This document shows, in pieces, positions 1 through 11,241 of a stretch of 64,000 bases of DNA. The position numbers and the translations under genes were made by a program. Below the pieces are notes generated by a model. It did not search any database and had not been told where the DNA came from. It saw nothing but the letters and a program-made list of their open reading frames with translations. Source of the DNA: Lingula anatina (Eukaryota > Animalia > Brachiopoda); NCBI GenBank assembly GCA_051362555.1, contig CM120642.1, positions 5,518,001 through 5,582,000 of the forward strand, read 5' to 3'. The first letter of the stretch is position 1, and the number at the start of each line of letters is the position of its first letter.

Positions 1-1301
1 ATTTCTACAGACGGCTTTCCAAAAGTCATATGTGTAGATTTCAAATATGCCCTTGGATTTGACCTTTGACCTTTATTTCAAGGTCAAACGGGCCAAAATT
101 TTCAAAAAAATGATTTTTTTACGAAAAAAAAATTATTTGCCCTGTTATTCAGACACCACACAGACTTAACCAATAATATTATTGGAAAGTGTAACCCTTC
201 AGGTCATCTTTCATCTCCGTGAATTTGGGGTCAATCGGTGCATTTTCACGGGAGTAGCGGCCATAAGATACCGAAACTGAAAACTGTCTCTAATTCGGGA
301 ACCGTTAATGCTAGAGACCCATTCTTTTTTGCATTCTGTAGAACATGTAAAGCCCAACACTGATAGTGGTCTCGGTTTTTTTGTATTCCATACGGTTTTC
401 GAGTTACGCTGTATCAAAAAGTACATATTGGTGGTGAAAGCAAAATGTGCAGTACGGTAATGGATAATAAATTTTGAAATCCGGAAAAATAAAACATAAG
501 GCTTGGCAAAGCAGACAACTTGTGGTCAAAAATGACATTATTTCATCAATTTTGAAAATCTGGAACTTCAGAACACTTCCCATTTCAAGAATTTTGACCG
601 AAATGACCTTTTCTTTATTTTATTTAATTTTTTCTGTAGGAAATTTATGGCACATTATGGTAACTCCAAAATTATAACATTTAATCCCTTATATCTCCAA
701 AACTGGCAGAGATAGGTCCATAGTTACTATTGAAGTTGAATAGGAAGTCATATACTGGCAATCTAAATGTGACCTTAAAATTGACTTTTGACCTACTTTT
801 CACCATGAACTGAACTTTGCAAACTTTGCTTCCATTTTATCTCCAAAACTGGCAGAGATAGGTCCATAGTTGCTATTGAACATGAATAGGGAGTCATGTA
901 CTGGCAATCTAAATGTGACCTTGAAATTGACCTTTGACCTACTTTTCACCATGAACTGATCTTTGCAAATTTTGCTTCCCTTTTATCTCCAAAACTGGCA
1001 GAGATAGGTCCATAGTTACTATTGAAGTTGAATAGGAAGTCATATACTGGCAATCTTACTGTGACCTTGAAATTGACCTTTGACCTACCTTACGATGAAC
1101 TTAACTTTGATTGTACCATTTTTAGTCATGTATATTTTTTGCATATTTTGAAAATTCTTGTTGATTGCATTTTTACAGCTTGTCAAGCACAAGACTGGTG
1201 GCTGTGTCCCTTATTTTGTGTATGTGGGGGTCTATACGAATGCGCTTGCTCCAGCTGGTGGTACAATATTCGGAGGCGGTATCGCCTCTCTGATGCTCTA
1301 G
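1..1301 (+). mobile_element. Helentron-type non-autonomous element (HINE), 3' part, with about 2.6 copies of a 146-bp repeat
   Basis: Inverted copy of 28078-30830. It ends with subTIR GCTGGTGGTACAATA, hairpin GAGGCG-gtat-CGCCTC (1273-1288) and CTAG|TT at 1298-1301. The 5' end lies outside the window. Confidence 0.8.
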
Positions 1302-1379
1302 TTGATTGTTAGATTTTGACGAATGACTAAAATGACCAAAACTAATTTAGTAGAATTAAGTTTAGATAGTTAAAGTAGG

Positions 1380-1643
1380 TTTTGGCTGTTAAATAGTGCC
1401 GATAGATTGTTGAATTGACGTCTGCATTTTTTGCGTGAATGGCGTTCCATAGAGTAACGGTGCGCGTATAACGGCAATTTTACAGGGGGTTTATCGATGC
1501 GGGGATCTATCGGTGTGGGGTCGTATCGATGAGCATAATGCAAAAATTTACTAAGGGGGAGTATCGGTGAGGGGGAGTAACGGTGCGGGGGAGTATCGGT
1601 GCGGGGGAGTAACGGTGCGGGGGAGTATCGGCATGAACCCCCT
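1380..1643 (-). mobile_element. Terminal fragment of an unclassified DNA transposon with 16-bp subterminal repeats
   Basis: Tandem 16-mer TACTCCCCCGCACCGT variants lie next to a GGGG(T)TCATGCC terminus. The same sequence occurs inverted at 3355-3472. The left boundary is approximate. Confidence 0.55.
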
Positions 1644-1751
1644 TTAAAGAGCACATAGGTGTCATGTTTATAGTGAATAAAAGTAAAGATATGTGTGTAC
1701 TGATTTGTCTCAAGGCTAGGAGACCAGACAAAGATTAGAATACATACAATA

Positions 1752-1865
1752 ATGCTAATTGAAATTACCTTGTTCAGCCTGTTCACTTCTCAGGCGGAGA
1801 GAGGATACAGTGCTCTCAAAAGAATTGAATCTGACTGGAGGTCGTTTAGGGAATATTATGCTTAA
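1752..1865 (+). pseudogene. hAT (ZNF862-like) transposase C-terminal dimerisation-domain remnant
   Basis: Translates MLIEITLFSLFTSQAERGYSALKRIESDWRS, matching the hATC motif S..ERxFS.MKRIKSDWR, and is followed by a stop. Confidence 0.65.
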
Positions 1866-3354
1866 GTTAACAAAATTTTGACAGCAGTTTTATAAGGGTC
1901 AAGTTCTGATGATCATTTAGTCAAGTAATCTATCATCCACTGGGTGCCAGGGTGGCTCTCTGGGAAAACAGCCCAATTTTGAACTTTGAACTTAAAATTG
2001 ATTTAGTTTTCTGATTGTCATATCCAGCAGGTGAATGACCTGGCCACTGAAGATTCTAAGGAAATAAAAAAAAAAAAAAAAAAAAATTGAAACATACTCG
2101 TATAATGAAGTTTTCTTTTTTTATTTTTATTTTTAATGCATTTTACTTTTATATGTATTTAATTACAAATCAAATTCAAGAAATTTCAGCCGGGGATGAT
2201 CTTAATTGTATGTCAGTTTTGGCTAAAGTAATATTCATAACTTGCTGGGGCAGGTGCTTCTCCTGCCCTCAGAATAGACAGATCAAGTTGGCCAACGAGT
2301 TTATTGGAGCCTTGTTAACTGCTTTAATTTAAAAGGCAAAAAGTTTCAAAAAAACTTTTAAAAAGTTCAGTGCATATTCATGAGGCTGAATGAACACTTC
2401 CCAGGAACAGTGCGTTAAGGGCATGAATTTTAAATGTTTACTTAGTGTTGTTTATCAAACAGATTTCAATATTTTGCACTTTTAAAAACAGAAATGTAAA
2501 TTTTAAATAGATTAGGGATATTTTTTCAAATTATAATTAAATTGGAAGGGTCTTATTTTAAATAGTTTAATATGTAAGAGACAAAAATAGTAGGCCTACT
2601 AGTACATAGAAATAAATCTTGAGCAGTAAAATAACAGAACAAGACAGAAGTGCATATCTTAATATAATGATTTAACCGGAGTTGAAGGATTTTTTATCAA
2701 AACCCTCCCAGGCTTTAAAAAGTACAACCTGGTCATAGGCCAGTACTTCATTGTAAATATTTATTCAATTAAAAAAATCTTGTTTTATTTATAACTAGAT
2801 CTAGCAATATATGTCTTTCTATATTGGTTAAAATTCACACTGGATTTCTTGTGGATTGGATCGTAACTATACCATTTTTGTTGTTTTAAGTATATAACTC
2901 TTGGAATATTTCTGATGTTAGAAGTACAGCACTTATTCGTATTTTAATTTTATTTTGACTTGTTTGATCTGATATTCAGAAAATTTAAGAAAACTTGTAG
3001 TTTTGCTAAGTCGGGTCAGTTCTTCAGGTTGGTCACGGGCCGCTATAAATTATGATGAAAATGGGGTTCCATTTTTGTCGTCGTTTTGGAGATGCACTAA
3101 TTTCCCCACACAAAATGGGTAAAAATTGTAGGAGACATACCTTATGATATATTATTTGAAAGTTTATGATCTCGTCTTTCTGCAGAATGTGATTGTTTGA
3201 AAATATTTTGCGTTTCCTGCGATACATAATGACAGTAACCTACTGCACTTGAAAAAATCGGTTTTGCCAACTTTTACACCGACTTCACGGGGTTATTAAC
3301 ACTTTGCCAACCAGATGGGAGCCGAACGCAACATATATTTCATATCAACACGAA

Positions 3355-3472
3355 GGGGTCATGCCGATACTCCCCCGCACCGTTACTCCCCCGCACCGTT
3401 ACTCCCCCGCATCGGTACTCCCCCTTTGTAAATTTTTGCATTATGCACATCGATACGACCCCACACCGATAG
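3355..3472 (+). mobile_element. Transposon terminal fragment replacing upstream sequence of gene copy 1
   Basis: Same 16-bp-repeat terminus as 1507-1643, inverted. It sits where copy 2 has an unrelated ~300 bp (60525-60830). Confidence 0.7.
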
Positions 3473-3573
3473 TGTCCTACTGTGTTTAGCCCATGCAAGT
3501 GTTCTATTCTGTAACGTTCTCTCGAGCGCGACGTTATCATTTTGCCAGAAAAGTGACGTCGTTGCCGATCCAG

Positions 3574-3581
3574 TGACGTCA
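3574..3581. promoter_or_regulatory. Candidate CRE/ATF site TGACGTCA about 50 bp upstream of the ATG
   Basis: Perfect palindrome, conserved at 60924-60931. A second TGACGTC at 3554-3560 is mutated in copy 2. Function is not shown. Confidence 0.35.
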
Positions 3582-3631
3582 CCATAGCGTTTCAAACAAC
3601 CAACTACAAAGACAGAAAAAAATCTGCAAAA

Positions 3632-4117
3632 ATGCACTGGTGCGCCTTATTTATCTGTTTGGCAGTTGCATTAACTGCATCAGATGCATACATTTACAAA
3701 AGAGCTGAGTGGGGCGCATGGGGCCCTTGTCTGAGGAAATGCTCTGAACCGTGGGCAAGTAGATGGAAAGTTGCAACTTGCCAGCGGTGCAACAGCGACG
3801 GTTCCGGGTGCATTAACGCCCCACCATTTTCAGGCAACAGAGGGAATTGCATGGGCAATGTTATGAAACACTTCTCACCTTGTCCTTACGATCCGGAGAA
3901 CTGCACAGGTAGTGGCCCTTACACAGGCACTTGGGGGAATTTTAAGAAGAAAGGCTTTTGCCGAGGGCGAAATTTCCTTGTCGTTCCCTGTGGAAAGTGG
4001 GGATTGCGGTATTGCATAGCGACAAAGTGCAAGAGAACCAGCAGATCCAATCCTGGCCCCGTCAAATGCCCTAGGCGCGGTAGGTACTATAAATGTCTTT
4101 GCCGAAGAACATGCTGA
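3632..4117 (+). CDS. Secreted cationic cysteine-rich protein with TSP1-like motifs, paralogue 1 (161 aa, single coding exon)
   Basis: AAAATG start context and a hydrophobic ~19-aa signal peptide (MHWCALFICLAVALTASDA). It has a WGAWGPCLRKC motif and 16 mature Cys. The ORF is conserved without indels in the paralogue, and AATAAA follows at 4344-4349. Confidence 0.9.
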   Translation: MHWCALFICLAVALTASDAYIYKRAEWGAWGPCLRKCSEPWASRWKVATCQRCNSDGSGCINAPPFSGNRGNCMGNVMKHFSPCPYDPENCTGSGPYTGTWGNFKKKGFCRGRNFLVVPCGKWGLRYCIATKCKRTSRSNPGPVKCPRRGRYYKCLCRRTC

Positions 4118-4814
4118 AAGGATATCCCCACCGTCTATGACAGATATGGATAAATGTAAGGTAAATACCGTCACGTGCATCAGTCGTTCGTATTAAAATT
4201 TAAACTGCCGCTTCCCCTTGAAGTTCTTAACAAGATTAAAAACAAAATTCGAAAAGGATTTGGAATGAAGTTTTAAAAAGTACGTATAATCTGATTTGTA
4301 TTTAACCAAAAATCTTTTCATCTGTACGCGTCAGAAAAAAAGTAATAAATCAAACGTGTTTTTTAATAAGCTAAAACATTTTAACGTTGACCCGGAATAG
4401 ATCCTGCAAGATATTCGTAATAGAGTTAAGAAGTTTAGATATTCATGAATTTTGTCTTACTTTGCAAAAAATCGTCTTTCAGGTGAAAATTCTAACGGGA
4501 GTCCATAGGGAGTGAAGAAGCATTTTCAAACAGCAAAAACCTGAATGGACAAGTTCCTAACGGCTTGAAGCACAACACGAAAAAGTCAATCTGCATTGCA
4601 AGCATGGATCGCATTCACCTTTTATAATTATTAACGACGTGAACTGTTTTTTTAATATATATACAGGGCTAGACACTAACTTTTGTGAGCACCTGTCCTT
4701 CGGACATATATTTGACCTGTCCGATTTTCAATCCAACCTGTCCACAAAACCAATATTTTTTTCTATTCATACCTTTTAACTTTGTCAATTAATACGTGTA
4801 GTCATACATTTAAA

Positions 4815-4818
<4 letters not shown>

Positions 4819-4873
<55 letters not shown>
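4819..4873. repeat. (TA)n microsatellite
   Basis: Pure TA run. Similar runs occur at 46641-46700 and 53821-53886. Confidence 0.95.
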
Positions 4874-4875
<2 letters not shown>

Positions 4876-5655
4876 CCAAAACATTCAATCATATGAGCCC
4901 CGAAAATGCACCTTAAAGTGAATTTATGTTCAGATAAAAAGTTGTTTTTTCATACTTGTGAACTCCTGAAGATTTAATCTTGCATATAAGTCTGATATTT
5001 AACATCAGGGCTTCTCCTAGGATTTGGGGTACAGGGTCTACTAATTGTAAGTCTGCAATTTGATAACAGATTCACATGAAGTTTAACCAAAGCTAAAAAA
5101 AAACCTGAGCGGGAAGTGGGGAGGGGTACTGTTAAATTAATTTTATTAAAATATTCAAATTTTATAATATTTGAATAAAATTCAATGAAAATTGAAGAAT
5201 ATTCATTTTATAACACTTTAGTTATATATATGTCAACAATTTAACTCCTTAAGGGGTTATCACGTGTTTGATTTTTTAGAAATGTATGAATTAAATAAAA
5301 TCAGCATAAAAAAGTTCCCCTTCTTTCTATTTAAATTCTCATATTTGTTATTACTTATTTCTTCCTTACATCAATATAACACTGGTATATGAGAGCAATG
5401 TTAATTTATCATATTCCAGCACTAAATTTTAAACTGTAAATAACAGAGGTGATGCTAGAGTCATTAAAGAAAGCATCATACAAAATTTCAGGTTATATTT
5501 GGGCAAATAAACAACATTTCAACAAGATCTTCAGTCCCAAAGATTTCACTTTCTATAGTGAGTAGATAGCATGCCACGAGTTTGATTGACAGGCAGTATG
5601 TTGCCTTGACGACGAACTAGATATAGCCAGTTCATCCAGTCCAATCTGGCACCAG

Positions 5656-6342
5656 GGGCCGGTTTCACAAAGCAGTAGTTAGTTAGAACAACTAACTACT
5701 GAACTACCTCGCTAACGAGCAAACTTAGCGATTTTCGAGGGGTGTTTCACGAAGCAGTCGTTAACTCATCGCTAAGTTCAGTCGTAAAGTTCGGTCGTTA
5801 GTTCTCTCGTTACTCACCGTAGTCTCGAAACTGTCTGCCGGAAGTGGAACTCTTGCGTAAAAGTGTCACAAAAGCACAAACTCTCCATTTTTTGGTGGCT
5901 GGAAATGCATAAGAACGTCTGCTTTGAGGTCGTCGTAAAAGATCTCCACCACCTTTTTGCCGCTCTTTTTGTCACAGCTAGGCGCAACCTCTCGTAAATT
6001 GCATCATCGTGTGTATATTCTAATAGATTCTGCCTTTCATGAAAACGTCGTAGTCTACGTTGCCGTCTGGCGGTACGGATAGCAAGAAAAGTAGCCGCCA
6101 TATTGGATACAAAGACAAAAGACAGACAACGGTAACTAAGCAACCTTTTTATTTCACTCATTACGCATGCGTACGATGAAACTCTAGAGTTAGCGACTGG
6201 TCTGACCAGTCGTTAAATATCCAAGGCAACAACGAGACAATAACGAGCGAGAGAACTAGCGACTGCTTCGTGAAACGGCACTCTAACTAGCGAGAGGCTA
6301 ACTACCGGTCGCTAACTAACTACTGCTTTGTGAAACCGGCCC
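5656..6342 (-). mobile_element. PIF/Harbinger internal-deletion derivative
   Basis: TIR GGGCCGGTTTCACAAAGCAGTAGTTAGTTAG with a CAG TSD on both sides. It retains a transposase-like N-terminus MAATFLAIRTARRQRRLRRFHERQNLLEYTHDDAIYERLRL on the minus strand. Confidence 0.85.
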
Positions 6343-8362
6343 CAGCACAGTACTTGTGTAGTTTCTGTTTTTGGAAGTGTCTTTATTACTAGAGCACGTA
6401 GATTTTAACTAAATAAATGTTCAGTAGTGAACCTGATATGTGAATAAATTTTGTCTGATGAAGTTCTGGAGGGTGTACACTTTCATAATTTGACGGTAAG
6501 TTTGCTCAGACTTCGTTTTGCGACTGCATGTGTTTTGTGCCAAAAGTAGGTCACTCTTTTCAATATTGTCTAGGAAGAGGCAAAAAGTATGCAACAAAAA
6601 ATGATTTTTTAAAGATTTTTGATCCAAATTTCTCATAAAACATGACCTGTCCGTCGGACAGCCAACCCTGCAACTTCACCTGTCCGAACTGAATTTTTAC
6701 CTGTCCCGGACAGGCTGACAGGCGCTAATGTCGAGCCCTGATATATTTTGGTTCTGTCTGTGTATAAATATAAATAATATATGCATAAAAAGGAATTGTA
6801 ACAAAAATTTAAGCAAATAATAATTAATTTAGAAAGCATGCAGGATGGGCATGCTATTATTCTGGGGCCGTATTCTCGAAAGGTTGTAACTTACAAATTC
6901 TTGTAACTTTTCACGTAGACTTGCCCTTCAAGAAATGTAAGTCTAAGATACAAATTCACGTAAATAGTTACAACTTGTTGTAAGTTACAAAGTTTTGAGA
7001 ATACGTAACTTTGACTTACACGGTATTCTCAAAACTCTTGTAAGTCGTGGACTTACAAACTCTTGTAACTTTTCACGCAACTTTCCGGAAGTGACGTTCG
7101 GTCCATGAATAACCCGCATCGACGTATTTCACTGCCGTGCTTTGCGGCGATAAAACGCTTATCTAGACATAAAAGTCTCTTGAAATGTATTGAGAATCAT
7201 TCAAAAAGACGTTTCTTAACATTTTCTTACAGGTTTTCGTCGGGAAATTCACGCATTTTAAATGTGCTTCCTCCGACATGCGAGCTCAGAAATCGGACTT
7301 GGCTCCTCTTGTGGGATTCCCCCAGCTGGGATTCCCCACGTTTACCGCTAGCAAAAAGCACTTTAATTCATCAAATTTGCAATAAAAACATTCGAATATA
7401 TCCCCTAAAGTAAGTAGCTTATAATAAACACTCACCTCATTGTTCAAATTTGATACTTGCTTGGATTTCATGCTATCTTAGGATACCAAAGCCACACAAA
7501 TAAGTTCACACAATTCCTCTCTATATATGGCATTCAATTAGATATAAAAGTGTAAATTTTATTTCAATATGAGTGAGTATATTTGTTTTTTTTTCTATGA
7601 TGAAGAGTTAATAAATGCTATCTTCATGTTAAGCCACAAATAATCACACAAATTAATTCACACAAATAAGTTGGACCAACTTTTCAAAAATGACATTCAA
7701 TTTAATATGAACATGTTATTTTAAAATAAAATTGATAACTGTGATCAATAAATAGTGTAAATTAGTAGATAAAAGTGAAAATATTCTTCCCGTACACCTT
7801 TGTTGTTACCATAAAGAGTGAGTATTTTTTAATGTCAGTATGAAATGCACATTGTACTGGTACAAATGAACATGTACCTACAGGTCGGCTAGTATAAGCA
7901 GTAAAAAATTGAAAATAAAGGATTCTGTAAGTAAATAAAAACATGATTATAATAATAAATTTGGTAACTGATTACTCAGTCACATTTTTAATAATTTCAG
8001 GTATTTTTTGTTTCATATATTATCTACTAATTTACACTCACTGAAACTTAAAAAATATTCTTTCCTTCTGGATTTTTTCACCAACAGTTGTCATATGAGA
8101 TGTAAATTCTTTACAAGTGCCTGTGTTCTTGTTTTATTTCACTGCAGCTGAGACTTACAACACCTTGACAAAGATTCATTTTAGGTGTATTAAATCATTT
8201 TGAACCTTGAAATGTGCTTGAATTTAGTTTTTAATCTGGGTGCATGAAGGCAGTAATTCACAGGAAGGGGAGATATTCCTTTTTGGACATTATTTAATTT
8301 CTATTTTTTAATGTTTCATCACCACTGTGTATAAAATTTAATTTAAATGATATATTACTTCC

Positions 8363-11122
8363 GGTCCTACGAAAATACGAAAACCGCAAAAACCGCGAAA
8401 ACCAGAAGTTGCTCGGCGAAAACCTCACTATAACTTACCAATTCTCGATGTTCTTGCCAAGTTGCTGTAATATTTGGATAACTTGGACCATATTACATAC
8501 ATCATGACCTTTGATAACGATGTTGTAATGAATTGAGTATGTAACAGCTGAGTTTTTTAGATCGGCAACTATAGTGCGTGGGAGCCATGTTTGGTTTACA
8601 ATTGGCATATATAAACAGCAGTGTCCCCTCAGGCCAGTATTGCCATATCAGGCCAGTATTGCCCTCTCAGGTTAGTAATGTTTTTCCAGGCAAGTAATAC
8701 TCTCTCAAGTACTATATGAAGTGGATAACACAGATTACCTGCATTCTTAGTAATAAAAAGTTTATTAATAAATAGGAATTAATGAATATGCACAAAGTAG
8801 AACTTTTTTTTTCATTCCAACCAGAAGTGAAACCACACATCAATGCTTGTAAAAAGTGCCCATTTTAATACACCATACATGTAGAGTCTATATTGTATGA
8901 GCTGTGAACCTGCATAGAATTTACACTCCTACTTTTCCAAATATAAAATGAGTAGCATTGTTTAATAAAGTGACCAGCATAGAGCAATTTATAAAGCATT
9001 ATGAAAATGTAGGTTCTAATTAACATAATTGATAATATTCAATATATATAATAATGGTGAATACAATTAAATTATTTTTATTAAAACATTTTTTCCTCTG
9101 AACTTGATCAATGGCCACTGATTTTGTTATTTAATCACATTTTATCTTACTCAGGAAGTTGATCAATAGTAAATAATAGTGTGTGCTTGTATATTTCATT
9201 GGCCATATATTTAAAGCATGTGATATACCAAACTTGGGCCAGTTTTGGGCCTTGCTTTGTCTTGGGCTTGCATTCTGCTTGGTATAATAAAAGGAATATG
9301 AAATAAAAAGTGTTAGTTTTCTTGTAAAGAATATTATTACCTCTGCCAAGGAGGCTATGTTTTTACCCCTGTTTGTATGTTTGTTTGTCATCATCATAAC
9401 TAAAAAGTTATGGATAAATTTCGATGGCATTTTCAGGGTAGGTCAGAAATGGGTTAACTTAGAAGTGATAAGTTTTTGGTGGTGATCTGGATCAATAATC
9501 AATCAATAATAAAAAACTAAATCATTATAGAATGAAAATTTAGGAGTGAAATGGCATTGGATGGACACTCTGCTGCCTTAGTGGAGGTCTGCGGTCTCTT
9601 AGTGCTTTTCTAGTTGCCATTATTAATAAACTATTGTGTACACTTTGTACTTTAAAAGTATTATAAGTTCTCAACCAATGCATTTCTCAATGGTGTATAA
9701 TATATTGGGAAAGGAAGGTAACATTTTTGAAACGGAGCATTAGTCCACTATTCTGAATGTGGCCTATATTTGTAAAATTGTCAGCTCTCTACCATATTAA
9801 TTCTCCTCTAAAACTTTATTCCTTTAAATATCTGGCCAAATAAGAATTATGCTTTGGCAATAGCATATAGCTCCCATATGATTTGAACTACTTTTGAAAG
9901 GGGACATTATTCTAGGTCAAAAACAAATGTTGCTTTAGTTCTAAATCCTTTAGCCATCATAAATGGGTTTAAACCCATAAAACTATAATCAATACTTAGA
10001 CAAATTATGAATCTACATATTTAAGGTCATAGATTGTGTTGTGCTTTACAGAGCACCCATACGTATTCATATGTAACATGTTCTAAGGCCAAAATAAAAA
10101 AAACTTCAGACAAATGCACTGAACGATTTGGATGTGTTTATTCTCAGAACTCGCTAGTCCGAAATGCAGACCGCATACACAGCACAAATTGCGTTTTCTT
10201 AAAAGAATTTTTGTATCTTTCTGATTACCATTGGGATTTACTACCTACTGAATTCATGTCATTGTTTATATGTTATGATTGGATCAGTCCAATAAGTATT
10301 GTGGTTAGGAGGGTTAAGTTGACAATGGCTAACTGTTATCCGCAGGTGTAAAAGAAATGACTGAATTGCATATATTAAATTTGGTGTGGTAAAATGGTTC
10401 AAATTTTGTGAAGACCTGGGATTTCTTTCACACAAACAAGTTAAAAAGCTAACAAACAGAAAAGTATTTTTTGAGACACACATTATAAATACTTATTTCA
10501 TCGAGTTAAAGATGCATCTAAAAATGCATATTCATCATATATTCTAATATCATAAAACAGCCAGAAGGCCAAACACACAGTTGGGTAGAATTCTTAAAGG
10601 AAAAAACATACAGTCTGTGTATTCTGGAAATTCAACACCTATGGGATCTTTAATTAACTGATGGTCATTATGATTGCATACTTTTCACAAACAAATGCAC
10701 CCTTGGATTCTAATTAAAATCAATTAATTAGATTCTGCTAACTTTAAGTGCTCTCTGACCTTTTTCTTTAATGAATTAACACAATCTATATACATCCATT
10801 TGAAAGAAACAGAAAATTGAAAAATTAAGTGATATACAACATAATCCCCATCAATTTTTATTTATCTACTTTAAGTAATACTGTTTATTGTAACTGCTCT
10901 CTGACTTTTTTTAACGAATTAACACAATATTAAATATATACATCCATTTGAAAGAAACAAAATCGAAAAATGAAGTGATATACAACATAATAACCATCGA
11001 TTTTTATTTATCTCCTCTAGATTTTCATGCATTTTGATGCAATAATACATAATCCTTAACAGCATTACCACCAACAATTTTATGGATAACTAATAAATGG
11101 GTTTCATGCCCATATTGAAAAT

Positions 11123-11163
<41 letters not shown>

Positions 11164-11209
11164 GAATGAAATTCCACCCTAAACTGCATAACTTTCAGAC
11201 AAAAAATAA

Positions 11210-11241
<32 letters not shown>

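Larger units (their letters stand above)
4664..6740. mobile_element. hAT-like non-autonomous DNA transposon
   Basis: TIRs are CAGGGCTAGACACTA / TAATGTCGAGCCCTG. It is inserted in a TA run and absent from the paralogous site (~62020). The TSD is blurred by the microsatellite. Confidence 0.8.
2205..6863 (+). repeat. Segmental duplication copy 1 (partner 59354-62143)
   Basis: Colinear and near-identical to 59354-62143 apart from the 3355-3478 replacement, the 4664-6740 insertion and the divergent mature CDS. Confidence 0.95.

Noticed and set aside
1370-1786. 138-aa ORF with a hydrophobic N-terminus and RYSP repeats
   Set aside because: The repeats derive from 16-bp transposon subterminal units, and the N-terminus is antisense to a hAT remnant.
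3713-4117. Diversity-generating-retroelement-like mutagenesis, given a nearby reverse transcriptase
   Set aside because: Substitutions involve all four bases rather than adenines only, both copies are full genes, and the RT belongs to an ordinary BEL element.
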